DNA of 64,000 nucleotides from Chrysomallon squamiferum (taxonomy: Eukaryota > Animalia > Mollusca). The position numbers and the translations under genes are program-made. Positions 1 through 34,299 of the stretch are shown in pieces (within the stretch, counting starts at the first letter, position 1; each line of letters starts with the position of its first letter). The stretch spans positions 9,920,001-9,984,000 of the forward strand of contig CM022673.1 in assembly GCA_012295275.1 (NCBI GenBank). The letters run 5' to 3'. The notes under the pieces are model-generated. The model was given only the letters and a program-made list of their open reading frames with translations, was not told the DNA's origin and searched no databases.

Positions 1-153
1 GACATTCAGCCAGCTAACTTCTTAAACATGTCTTAAACAAAGCTTCTACGAGTAATAAATGCATTTAAAAAAAGAAAATAATAATAAAAAAAAATAAATA
101 ATGATAATAAATTTTTTTTAAAAAGCGAGACAAATCCAAATGTATAAACTTAC

Positions 154-294
154 CTCCATGGCCTTCTTGGCTTCACTTTCGTCAGAAGTGGCATGTCTAG
201 AGAGAGAAAATATGAACATATTTGAAGAATAAATCTTTACATATTGTTCTAAAGATTCATAAGACATTTGAGAGTAATAAAGGTATACATATAA

Positions 295-374
<80 letters not shown>

Positions 375-652
375 ACTGCATTAAGTATAAAACATTATTA
401 AAAAATAAATATTTGTTTATAAATTGATTAGAACAAGATATTAAATATAAGCATTTTCTACATTTTTCAACACGAACGATCAAATATTTAAGCAAATCCA
501 TTTCGAAAATAAGCAAAAAAAGCCAAGCTTTTACACACAGTGGTGTCATTCCTCGGTTTTACTGAATCTGAAACAATGGATTAATTAACAACTTAGATCT
601 GGATTAAAAAAATGAACAAATTTTAACAAAGAAAATAAAATGAATACAAAAA

Positions 653-696
<44 letters not shown>

Positions 697-1188
697 ATTT
701 CATTTATGATACCATATTTAAAAAAAGACAAATATTTTTAAACAAATCGTAACAATCCACGGCTTAATCTCGGCTTCATTCTAAAAAAGATTGTTTCAGT
801 TATATTCAGCAATCTGTTTATTACAGATTATTCCAATTGGATATTTATTTATTTATTTAAAATTTTTAATTTTTATTTGTTTATTTGTTTGGTTGGTTTG
901 CTGTTGGAGATGTATTTTCAATCTAACTTTATTTTTATCTTTTATTTGTTTCTCTTATTTTCACTAATTATATTTCGTTATTGTTAAATCTAAAGATTTA
1001 AATATAGTCATACACGTTTGTTGTGTAACGAGCTTGCAACGAAAATCTTAAAGATCAGTTTATATGCCAAGGGAGATTACTCTATTGTTCAACTCGTACG
1101 AAGTTTGGCTCATCGCAAGTTAAAGATAAAAATATGAAATTCTGCAAACTGCATACGATTTCTATTTTAAATACGTTTTTGATATCGG

Positions 1189-1222
<34 letters not shown>

Positions 1223-1243
1223 TTTTTTTGTTTGTCCTTTGGG

Positions 1244-1286
<43 letters not shown>

Positions 1287-1398
1287 TATTTATTTTTTAT
1301 ATATTTTTTTTTTTTAAATTAGGAAGGTTATGTTCTTTGGAAGACTGCACTCGTCTTTTGGTCTATAAGACATATTTGTTTATTTAAATTTTGTTCTC

Positions 1399-1433
<35 letters not shown>

Positions 1434-1986
1434 TAATCAGAGCACTACATACTGGTACAAACCCATATCCATTTTCCAAATTATAAATATTAAATAAATA
1501 CATATAAAAAAAAAAAAAAAAAAAAAAAAACATTTACCGATAAAACATCATCACACAAATAACTTTTAATTGTTCATACAGGACGCATGACGTGATAGGT
1601 GCGTTTACATGCGTATCATTATGAAGTATAAATATGTATACTTGAATATGATCAAGTCCACGTCTATGGTAAGTAATGGTAACTTACAAAGGGGCGTGGT
1701 GTTCCTCTCGCCTTTCAGCAATATAAAACACGTGATTAGTCGAGTTAGTACATTTAACAACATATTAAACGATTAGACATTAAAAATTTTCGTTTTAGTT
1801 ATAATAATTCAGAATCAAATACAACAGAGACAGGCTATAATATTGAATTATTGTTAGGTGAAACGAAGACAGTATACCCCTGTATTAACGACGTATTAAA
1901 TGATGTAATGAATTAATGTATATGAATTAATGCTTTTGTTAACACTAAACAGTGTTATTCATAAATATTCAAAATTGGGAAATTGA

Positions 1987-2021
<35 letters not shown>

Positions 2022-2548
2022 ATATAAATCAAATGAAATAAAAAGTTCTAAATAAATATAGCATGAGTTATTTAATTATACTATTATTAATATTTTATTT
2101 AATCATAATTTGTTTTTCTTGAATGTGAAGGTATGTGGACTATACTGCATGCATTTAACAGCAGCTGGTTCATGCGCAGCAATACAAACTGAACGGTTTG
2201 AATACAAAATAGTTCAGAGGACTGGAAAACATCTAAATATCTAAGGACCACAAAATAATCCATAAAATGTAATTTAAAAATAAATAATTTCTATTACACA
2301 CGACATAAATTCAACAAAATGCGAGTTAATTTTGCAATCTACCATTTCTATTTTAAGGGAAAACCGTTGTTTATCTAATATAGCAGCTACTGAAAGTAAA
2401 ATGCAGAAAACTCTGAATATTCGAAACTGAAATTAGTCATTACAACAAAAATTGCAAATAACAGACACTTTCGGTAATGTTGATTTAGATTTTGCAGAAC
2501 TGTTCGTAAGTTGTATTAATATTGTTTAATTTCTAATAACCCATGTAA

Positions 2549-2587
<39 letters not shown>

Positions 2588-3147
2588 TATTATTATTACA
2601 TGTATTTTGTAAATTTAATCCTTTTATTTAATGATTCATATTATTGTACAAAAGAACTCCTAGTTCTAAGTTCTTTCTACTACAGCTATTTCTACTAAAA
2701 TAAGATAACTTTGAGTCCACACCAAATAAAGTATGTCAAGATACGAAAAAATAAATAAAATAAATAAATAAATAAAAAAACCGGCTCTTCTAGTAAGCAC
2801 TGTCTATTTAAATGTGAAAGGAAATGAAAAGAAATGTAGACTTTTTGTGTTTGCTAATTTTACCATTCTTATTGCAGAAACAATTATTAAGAATAAAATA
2901 TAATACCTAATATAATGGTCACTCTGAGTGATGATAATAATATATCATAACTGTTATTTATTATTATTATTTAAAAATATTATTTTTGAAATCTAATTAC
3001 AAAATGAATTCAGTTACTGAGTTTTCTTAGGTTTGCGATTTGCGTAAACATTTTGTTTTCTTGTGTTCGTGCATTGCGAACATCTTAATATGTTGTGTTT
3101 AAGTATGTGAAAGAAACTGAAAGTGAAGTAGTTATCACTGAGAAAAG

Positions 3148-3233
<86 letters not shown>

Positions 3234-4395
3234 ACGATGTACAGGACTATTATTCTAAGACACGTCATGCCACAGAATGAACAAACAGCTGTTTAAAAAT
3301 GTTTCTGTATATGATAAACCAGCCACACAGACTCACGGGGCATCAGAAGTAGATTTAGGTCGTCTAAATTATAAAAAAAATAAGTAAACAGAAAAAAGAA
3401 AAAATATTATAATCCTATTTTTAAAAACCATTGAAAATTATTTTTCCTACACTTTTTCTTCTACTCCTTTACTGAAAAAAATATGTGTGAAAAATCGAAA
3501 TGCATTAAGGAATTAAAGTTGAATTAGTAAATGAATATTATGTTTGTTAGTTGTTAATTAAAGTTTTAGTATAAATGTTTAGTGTTAAGCATATTATTAT
3601 TACTATTATTATTATTATTATTATTATGATTATTTTAAATTGTATTATTGTTTTTAAGAGTTAATATTATAAATGTTAAGTTTAATTAATTAATTAATGT
3701 ACTCACTCCTCTCCTTCCCTGAAATAGGAAAACATAACTTAAATTAAGAGCATAATAACAGAAACGTTTGCGCCTATGTTAAAATATGAAAACAGTATTA
3801 AAGTGACAATGACGCTCTTAATACAAGATAAATCCTAACAGCTATTTTTCGTATATTTCTCTTTCTTGGCAATGCCCTAAGTTTCTGTATAGAAGCAATG
3901 TGTTTTCTCTTTCACATTATCATAATCCAAGAAATTTGAAGACTGTTAGCTATCGTTTAAAATGACAGATATTCATTCGTTTTCAAAAACAAAAAATATT
4001 TAAAACACATACATGCCATCGAATGTATTTTAACTTAGCCAAATTCAGTATTTTAAAAGAATATTCAGTAGTAGACATATAAAACTATATTTTTTCTTAT
4101 TCTTCCCTCCCCCCACCTCCTCAAAGCTTTATTTGAATATTTTATCGTTTTTATTCATTATATTCCAGTCAAACCAAACGCTGGCCAAGCTCAGAATTCC
4201 TTCTATTACGTCACTTCCGGCGAATTATTTGTAAAAATTGATGCTATTTGTTTCAGTCGGTGTACTTATTATACAAGTCTGAGTGTTCCTTCAGACGCCA
4301 TTAGACAGCAGTAAAATATAACCCCTGTGAAAGACAAATATAAATTAGAATGAAGAAAATTCTTACGCTGGGGGCTGCTGTTCTTCGTCCGCCAT
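154..4395 (-). CDS. TNNT: Probable troponin T, 5' part only (acidic hypervariable N-terminus encoded by microexons); gene continues beyond window start
   Basis: AG/GT-bounded exons on minus: 4367-4395 (ATG; exon acceptor at 4441), 3707-3718, 3337-3363, 1688-1711, 1351-1362, 154-196. They join in frame (all junctions phase 2) to MADEEQQPPAEGEERPKSTSDAPREEHHAPLPKDEHATSDESEAKKAME. The EAKKAME end resembles the EA-x-x-AMEEA start of the conserved region of molluscan TnT (recalled, not searched). Confidence 0.62.
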
Positions 4396-5349
4396 TCTGT
4401 TTCACTCTGGAGTTGAAGCTATACACCAGGACTCAAGCAAGCTGTTAAAAAAGAAAAATATATATAAAATATTACCATAAAATCACATCAGCATTCTATG
4501 CACGTTAAGTTCTCAGGTAAAATCTTTCTTTGTTTTACGCAGATTATAGAAAGATTTCCATTATCAAAGATCTTTTCAAAGGTAGCGTCTTAAAAACGAT
4601 CAGAAAAAAAGAAAAAAAATCCCTTTAAAGCATGTTTCATTTCACAGCTGCCATAATAAAATAAAACGATGCGTATAATATTTATTTATAGCGCGTAAGC
4701 ATATTTTTCTTTTTATTATGAGATATGAAGAGCGTTTTAAAGCTTATTATAAAATAGTATATTCAGATACATAAAATTCGATAAAAATATATAGTTACGC
4801 TTGTTTAAAAACAGTGTGTGTGTGTGTATGTGTGTCCATATAATAAATATATATAGGCCTACTTGAAACACGCTGCAACTGCAATCTGAAAGTGTGTCTA
4901 CCAGGTTACAGTTCATATAAAATATCAGCTTATTTTGTAATGGTGAACTTTTTAAGCATCGTCTTTCCAGCATGGAATGTTTGTTAGCAATAAATCTTAT
5001 CTTTCCCCACACACATTCCAGAGGCGAGAGTGAGGTACATTTCCAGCTATTTGCTTACAAAGCTGCAAAGTTATAAACGAGTGCAGAAAACAAAATAATA
5101 CACTCATTTTAAAATAACAAACTACATCTACATGTCTGTAAATATATATTAAAAAAAAAACTTTCTATGTAAAAATGAATTATATTCTGTACAAGATCTG
5201 TATAATAATATCATTATTACCTGAACAAGCTGTTCCGAAATATCCAAAACTCGGAGCCTGTTTTTGGAAGAAGAAGGTAATTGCAGGAGTACGAGAGCTA
5301 TACTCGATGTACAATAATAGCCTGATACTACCCGCACAAGCCAAGAGCT

Positions 5350-5480
5350 TATACGCAGTGCGTTTGTACGAGTATCGATAACGATGAATACGTTTGTCAG
5401 GCTACAATTAAGTATCGCATTTCCTAAGCTACTGCCAACAGATAAAGGTCTATATAAGCAACTGAAGAACATCTGGAAAG
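5350..5480 (-). promoter_or_regulatory. Candidate core promoter / non-coding first exon of the TnT-like gene
   Basis: Minus-strand TATATA at ~5451-5456, adjacent E-boxes (CAACTG 5459, CATCTG 5470) and a donor-like GTATAA at ~5354. A further AG/GT-bounded non-coding segment lies at ~5221-5257. Confidence 0.3.
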
Positions 5481-5959
5481 AAGAAGGGGTTATCGAGACA
5501 GCCGTATCCCGCCGTTTGCAGCACCGCCATTATGTAATGACTAGAAATTAATTAACAACAACAGCAGCAATGTGCCGATGATATAATTCGGGTGCATAAC
5601 TGAAGGTATTATGAAATATATATATATATATATATATATTTGAAATCATAACATTATGAGGTTTTTTTTTTCAGTGACGTGACCCAAGAAACTCCGTGGC
5701 ATGTGCTGTCCCAGTTGACAAGATGCACATAAAGGAAACCTTGTTTCTAGTCTAAAAGCAAGACCTATTATACTAGAAATTATATGCTACACACGTATTA
5801 AATGAAAAATAAAAGTGTTTAGGTCATTGTAGAAATATTAATTTGTTTGTTCTCTGAAAAGACTGAACAATTAGAGTTAAGGCCACATATTCTAGCTAAT
5901 ATCGAGCTATCATTTTGACGATTTAAATAAACAGAAACGAAATAATAATAATAATAGAC

Positions 5960-5996
<37 letters not shown>

Positions 5997-6882
5997 AAAA
6001 TAATGATAATGATAATAATAATAAGAAGAAATATACTTAGCTGAATTTTGCTTGACTGAATTTTTTATTTAAAAAAGAAAGGTATTAATAGCAATAATTA
6101 GTCTTTTCGTTTTACAGTTTTACTAGTTCTTTTTTTTTTTCTGTTCCAAAATACGTTTCGCTTCTAACGAACTGATGATCTAACTTTAGATTCTTCCTCA
6201 GCCAAGGTTTGGAGGACAAAAAATATCCTGATACAGCTAATTATTCTTTGGTTAAAAATTTATAATCTATTGCATCATAATTTGATAGTCAACATTTCTG
6301 GGTTATTTACCGTTGCAGCTAATGCTCGCGAAAGTCATATCAGATGTCGTTGTATAAACTTTACTATGTATAAGAAGCTGCATAAGACTCTGCACTAGGT
6401 TTGTTAAAGCTGGTACAATGGAGACTTTCTCTCTCAGATTGACATTACTAAATCACGTGACAGATATAACAACTAATATAACAGTAAGATAAACTATTTG
6501 TTCAGTTTGTTCAATATCAGTATAATTCGAAAAAAACTGTCAAAAACAGCATGTTTTTAGAATACGTGTATCACGTTTATTAATATTTTGGCTGAATTAT
6601 TTCTATAACTTTGATTACTGAAATAGCGGAGTTGTCAATGTTCTTATATCAGCAACATACTCCCTTTACTTCTATCAATATAAAGAACGTACATCCAGAT
6701 GTATTTTAATTACAAGAAGAAGCTGAGTGATGTAACATCCAAATCAATGCATCTGGTTTACTTTTACATTTAGGAGTTTTATTTACGCCCGTTCTTAAAG
6801 GCAGAGATAGAGTTTGTTAATATATGTTGTTATCGTATGTCGGTCATTCCAGTGAATAATTATTAAAGAAAGAGACTCAACT

Positions 6883-6940
<58 letters not shown>

Positions 6941-7115
6941 TAACGCACATCACTCAATATATAATATAAAATACTTTTATAAATTGTTTAAATTTAATGT
7001 ATGTTAATAATGTCATTAAGTGTTGCATATTATATTGCATGTACATGAACCATAAAAACGTCAATAGTGTATTAATTAGTGAAATATATAAGAGTTTATA
7101 TGTGAGTGTTTTGTG

Positions 7116-7186
<71 letters not shown>

Positions 7187-8967
7187 AAATGAGTCAATGA
7201 ATCGACACCTATAATTCAATACACTTCAAATACACATATCGATTAAGACGCAACATACCACCATAACGTCCTTCACATAATAATTAGGTACGGTATTCCA
7301 TGCCAGAAAGACAGTGATGTACCATTAATATTGGTCAGGAGCCAAATGGTGCTTAGAGTTACACATGTTTTGGCTCAGACAAAATGTTCTATATTATTTT
7401 TAATAAGCTGAGAATAATAATGCTGGATAAAACACAGAAACTATATCTAACAGAACAAAAAGATTATAATAATAAAAAAATAAAAATATGAAATAAACAA
7501 TAATACAGATATAAAATTACATTTTGTTCTAAAAATACAATAAATCAAAAATAACATTTAGAAAAATAACGCGACAAAACAACATTCCTTACCAAACATG
7601 CAAAAAAAACAAAGTAATATAATCGTAACTGTTGAAATATGATAACAATAAACTTTGAATGTAATAGAGATATTTATTACTTATCCATATATTATAATTA
7701 ATAAAGTACGTAGGTATAATAAGTGCATAACTTAATTATTTTAACTAGGCAAATAGGATAGAATACAGTCATGCGATTAATTCTGATCAGGTAATTAAAA
7801 ATAAATATGCAAATATAATTATGTTTCTAATAATAAATCTGAATTCCTTTGTAGTTACGTAACATGCAAACCTGGACTGGTTTCTATATTTTGGGTTTTT
7901 TAACGCACACAGAGAATGCAAAATACATGCACGGGCATTTTGCTGTAAATTAATGCCACATAAATATAGAATAACTAATCAGAAATGCAAAATATATATA
8001 TTTTTTTTTAAATACAAGACATACTCAATGACCTTGATACATATAAATATTACGTTTCCTATGAGACTATACTTAATTGTATGTTTATTTAAAAAAATTA
8101 TTCCACTGTCGCAGCTACTGTATATTGCATAAATAATCGTTTTGAAACATAAATGAATTATTATGAATTTACATACAGGAACACAGGAGACCGTAATTTC
8201 CACCTACCTGGGTTTCGAAAGAAAATGGCTGCCAAAACTGCTTTTGGAATGTTCAAAGAGATTTGCAAGGGGAATTCAGTGTATATAGGACGTAGGTACC
8301 AATGCTTGTCTTTCAGGATGATTTGGTCTGTTCCATATTTTGACAAGGGTGTGAAGCATTAACAAAACATTTGAAAACATAAAGCAAACAAAAATCTTTT
8401 GTCACTGAAAACGATGGCATAAATCCACAGTGCAGTTACAAGACATCTTTTCAGTTTATTAAAAATAATGCTTCACTACGAACCGAAATGGACAAGTTTT
8501 ATCTTAACACCCCTTCGCTAATTGAAGTTGGTATGTTCCAAGAATGCAGACGAATCTCTGACTAGGAGCTTTACGTACCAATCGGAAACGGTAGTCCAGA
8601 GCCCTTGAACACCTTTTATAGGCAAGGTGAAACCTGATTCCTCTGTGTATTTTTGGTAACTTCGTGTAGCCGAGTATGCCCTGTAACAGCAGGCGTATTT
8701 CGGTAACACTAAGAGTCGTGCAAAACTTAACGTTGTCTGAAAGCCGGTGCAACACTGCTGGGTGAAAAGTAGAGTGGTAACAGGTTGACTTAATTTACTG
8801 TGCGCGTAATAATAATTCGGTCTACTGAAATAATTATTTTGTCAGTTTGTAGTTACTATTCTTTGTTTTTCTTTTAGAGACTTAAAAGTAATTTATAAAG
8901 AAGAATGATGAACTATCAGGAGCAGAACGAATTTTCTTTTTTCTTTTTTTATGGGGTCTGATTATTA

Positions 8968-9013
<46 letters not shown>

Positions 9014-11449
9014 GAAGAAGAAGAAGAAGAAGAAAGAAAGAAAGAAGAAGAAAATAGATTAGGATCGGCAATTATTACTGTCGTTGTTGTTGTGCATTAT
9101 ATCAAATGCTCATCATAAACACTAAAATGAGCTATTTCTTTATAACGAGTATTAAGTTTCAAAGAAAAAAAATAGTAAAATAATAATAATGTGAGAACAA
9201 TAAATGGATGAATTAAACATCTTTCACTGATCACGAAATATGTAATAAATGAAATATATTTTGCTGCCTTTAATAATATTCACATTAAATATTTAGTAAT
9301 AATTATTATTAATTTTTTTTTTTTTTTAAATCAGAAAATGATCAGTCACTGCAAACTTATTATTATCCGTACTAAAATAGCAAATTTAATATGGAAATAC
9401 GAAAAGCATACTGATGTTTCTGATATACACCATATGCTTCGAGAGAGAGAGAGAGAGAGAGAATTCTTTTATTTTTTATAATTAAGATCATACTGAATCT
9501 TATAACCGACCTCATCTGCCTAAATTTCTTGTTGATAAACTGAAACACTGCCTAAACAAAATGGCGGCGATGAACAATAACAACAGCAGCAACAACAACA
9601 ACAACAAAACAAATTATTTTAAAAAAGCTACATTATTTGCAAGAAAATCAAGAATATAATGGAATTTTAAACGCTTTAGCTTGAAAAAATATAAATGTGT
9701 AAAATATTAAAAAGTGCAAACAAAAAAAAAAATAAAAAAATAATAATAATAAAATAAATAAATAAAAATAATAATAAATAAAATAGAATAAAATGAATCT
9801 TAATGTTTCGCAAGAAAATCAGTACGTGTGTACTTCATCCATGCTAGTAACAAGATTTTTAACTGTTTATAAAAATGCGTGCTGGCTTCAAATATGCTAC
9901 AGATACCACAACACGCAAATAGTAATTAAATATGTAAAAATTCATTCATCACTTCATTGTATGTGCGTTCCGATACCTCTGTGTAGGGGGGGGGGTAGGA
10001 ATCCATGGATAAAAGCGCTTGTGTCTGTGGTTGTAAACTTTCTGAGAGGAACACTTGATCAGTTTGTGACAGCTGGCAGCTACAGCGATAATGTCCAAAT
10101 GTCTGCCACGTTTTCTGTTTTCTGTTTCCATCCCTCGACTCAGCTCGACCTTGACCTCGAGACACTTGCTTCTCGTTCTTCTGTTTACCAGCTTATGCAC
10201 AAAATAAAAATATTTCTAATATTCTTTTATGATTATTTTTTTCTCAGTTTGAACAAGAAACCACAACATCTTCTTTTCATAACTGACCTGATTAATATGT
10301 ACTAATGAAAGACGTAGATAGACAGTTACATAGCATTGTGATCAAGACTGTATTTTTTTTAATGATATTCAAGTCATGGAATAAATACAATCAAAGGAGA
10401 GATTTTCTGATAATTGTTTGACTATGTTATGTATTACACTAAAGCTATTTTGTTGTGTACCTAAGGTGAACAGTCCCCCGGTAGCTCATTTTCAAGTGTG
10501 AGTTCCCGTATTAGCCACACTGAGGTGGGGGTGTCATCACTCACCAGGTGACTCACTGTCGCTGCATTTTAGGTACAAGCTTTTTTTTAATACTTTAATT
10601 AAATCAATGATGAAATATTTTTCTTAAAGATTATTTGGTGAGGAATTATACCTTTCAAAATTTTGTTCAAAGTATATGACACAGAAATTATTTAAAACTA
10701 TTTCCAAACTTTTATTTATTTATTTATTTATTTGTTTGTTTGTTTGTTTGTTTGTTTGTTTTGTTTATTTATTTATTTATTTTTTTTTTTTTCTATCAAC
10801 ATTCTTATCATTTATTAGTAACTATAAAGTATTTAATGTTATTCCGTGATTGTCCAGTTTAGTTTGAAGAAAGAAAAGTGAATAATTAATACTATTCATT
10901 AAAATTATTAAAACATTAAAAGTAATATTTCTCTTTCTTTAATTTTTGGTCACATAATTATTAATTCATTTATATATATTGATCCATTTCTTCTTTACTT
11001 TCTTATTTTTTATTGTAATAAAGATGACAAAAAAATAAAGACAAAAATACATTTATTTATTAAGTTAGTTAAACCCTAAATATGATTATTTATTAAATTA
11101 TAACAATACTAAATTAAGAATAAAAGACACGTTATTTAGTCTGTGAATTCAATATATATAAATTTATTTTTTCTTTAGTGTCATAACGTACAATTCTTGT
11201 GTCATAGACTACGAAAAAATTTAAAAGCGTCGGTCTTAATATGAAAAAGCTAAAATAATTTAGACGCAGTTTTATACGGTTCATCAAAATAAAGGAAATC
11301 GGATACATAACGATAATAAATATATAACCCAAGCTTCACACTAGAATCCTTGATACCAATTTTGAAAAATGAAAATCCGATCTTGAACTTGAACCTTCCA
11401 ACACAGAGTTGAGGTCAAGGCAGTCAGAGATTACCGCTTAATTATTCTT

Positions 11450-17990
<6,541 letters not shown>

Positions 17991-19584
17991 TTTTTTTCTT
18001 TTTTTCTGTGTTTATTTTATTTATTATAATGAATCTAAATTATCGTTAATGGTATAAGTATCATATAAACCTGAGCTGGAAATAAATGGCAGATACTTGC
18101 AAAAAATGCAACCGTTTCCTCAGAAATGAGAATAATTGGGTAATTATTATCTGTCTTTCGGGAGCAATAATATAATTTTTGAATACATTACCATACTTTC
18201 AAATTTAAGTCTTTAATCCGTTATTTATTCTATTAATATAAAATTAAAAATTAAATTATTAAGAAAAAAAAAAAAAAAAAAAAAAAAAAACCACAGTTTA
18301 TTGATTTAGTTTTATTTAAATCTAAATTCATTAGATTTAAACATCTTAAAGTTTACACATCCATCTGTTGTATATTCCATTTCTCAAACACTTGTGTTTT
18401 CACAATATACAACACCTGTTGTTTTATTCAAACAGACCTCACATCTTACAAGCAAAGAACATTTTCAACAAATTTTCTAAATTACACTGAACTGCAGCAT
18501 TAGGAAAATACTGGTACAATAATTTAAAAAAATTGTTTTATACAAATGATGTAAATAAATCTGTTGCTTCTCACAATTAAATTTATTGAAGCACCTTTGA
18601 AAACATTAAACTAATTTACAAAAATAAAGCACAACAGAAGCAAATCTTACTTTAACTAGACAAGGAAAAGGGTGTAAAAATACGATTTTAACAATTCTTA
18701 GGCAATAATATTTTTCTAATCTGTGATAATCAGTATGTGGTTTAACATGTTTAAGTATCACACAAAGACTGAAGTAAATTCCTTTTTACGAAGTAATGAA
18801 TATTTATTTTCAATAAGAATGACAAAAACATGCAATTTTAGATTCAGCTGAAAAGATATAAATTAAAATTTAGTTACTTCATAATATTAGTCTGCAGTAA
18901 TGTTAGATATAAAAACAAAAGAAAGTGAAATGACAACAGGTAGTTGATGTTAAGTAATTAAATTATTTAATTAAATAATTTAATTATTTAACAGTGATCT
19001 AATTTTTCTTAATAATAATAATACAAATATATATATATATAAATAATAAATATATGAAGTGATAAACAGTAAAGCATTAATAAATTATAAACAATCAAAA
19101 ACAAAACAACTGGAATAGATGTTCTTTATGCATTATTTTCTCATTCCCTTGACTAGACAGGACATCTATAAAAATAACTTGGTGTACAAAATTCTCTCAT
19201 ACAATTTGTCTAAAGCAAATGACTGCACTGAAATATAATTTTCATTTGCACATTGGTTAATAAGAGTGCATGTAGTAGATTACATTTTATTAAAATTTTA
19301 ACTTTTATAATTAAAATTTAATTTTTCATAAAACAATGTATATGGTAAAATTTTAATTTTTTGTTTCTTTTTTTTTTTTTTTTCTCTCTCTTCTAAATAA
19401 CGTACATTGTATAAAGCAACATAGACTTAAAAGTTTTTAATTTTAATTTATATTATTTTAGTTAGTAGTGGAAACTGTGAAACAATATAGCAACAGTTTT
19501 TTGGTTTTTATTTTAAATTATTTTTGTTAGTAGAGTACACAGCATATAAAACAATATAGATTAAGATTTTAATTCTTATTTATA

Positions 19585-19810
19585 CAGGATGTCCCAGAAG
19601 TCACACACCATGAAGATTTTTATTTAGATACACATAAATTAGTAGCGAAACCCTCAACAGAGTAAAAACAGTTTTATAAAGAGAACTGAAGTATGTATCA
19701 ATGCAGAGGGCAAGCAATTTGAGCATTTGTTATGATTATTATTAATACAATTGTTATTCATATGTATCTAAATAAAAATCTTCATGGTGCGTGACTTCTG
19801 GGACACCCTG
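19585..19810 (+). mobile_element. Tc1/mariner-family MITE (internally deleted non-autonomous element)
   Basis: ~50 bp TIRs (cagg[a/g]tgtcccagaagtcac[a/g]caccatgaagatttttatttagataca), TA on both sides (19583-84, 19811-12). The interior encodes a transposase C-terminal remnant ...FIKRTEVCINAEGKQFEHLL*. Confidence 0.9.
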
Positions 19811-20219
19811 TATATTAATAAGTATTGCACTCTGTATAATGCAATGTAGGCATCAAGTTCTTAATTTGTAATTAAATTATTTTACTTAATACTGTATACT
19901 ATGTGAAATAATAGAGTCTACACTTTATCAGTTTAATTTATATTATTTTAGTTATAAAGTGTTCACTAGAAGAAAGTAGTAAAGACTAATTTTAATGTTT
20001 CTTAGTTCTTAATATACATTGCAAGAAACAAAGAAGCCTGCAAGATTTTAATTTTAAATTGTAATTTAATTTCTTTACAGTAGTTTATTCAAATAAATTG
20101 TTCATTTGTGCATAAGTTAACATGTATGTGGTTTGAAGCAAAAACAAATCTGCAAGATTTTTATTCTTTTTTAATTAAATTATGTTTATTCCGTTTTCAT
20201 TTGAATTTATTAAACTATA

Positions 20220-20495
20220 GCCTTCATTGTTTTCTACTTTTTTCAAAGCTGTAAGACTACAGTTGTTAGTTTTTCTTCTTTAATTTGAAGGTATAAGATT
20301 ATAATCATTGTTTTCTATTTAATTTGAAGGTGTAAGACTGTAATCATTGTTTTCTCCTTTAATTTGATTTCACAAATATAGCAATTATCATTTTTTATAT
20401 TAACTATAGACATTGTTTTCTATATTAATACAAAATTATAAGATTATAGTAATTATTGTTTTTTGCTCAAATTTGAAGATATAAGACTATAGTTT
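20220..20495. repeat. Degenerate ~39 bp minisatellite in integrin alpha 3' UTR region
   Basis: Repeated cattgttttct..tttaatttgaagg(t)ataagactataat units immediately after the stop codon. Confidence 0.7.
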
Positions 20496-20504
20496 TCTGC
20501 TAGG

Positions 20505-34291
<13,787 letters not shown>

Positions 34292-34299
34292 AACGTTCC

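Noticed and set aside
4275-4324. Possible alternative first coding exon of the TnT-like gene (MASEGTLRL)
   Set aside because: The available donor is phase 0, incompatible with the phase-2 microexon chain, and it lies only ~40 nt from the preceding donor.
9793-10305. 170-aa plus-strand ORF
   Set aside because: No recognisable domain, AT-rich intron-like ends and no splice-consistent neighbours.
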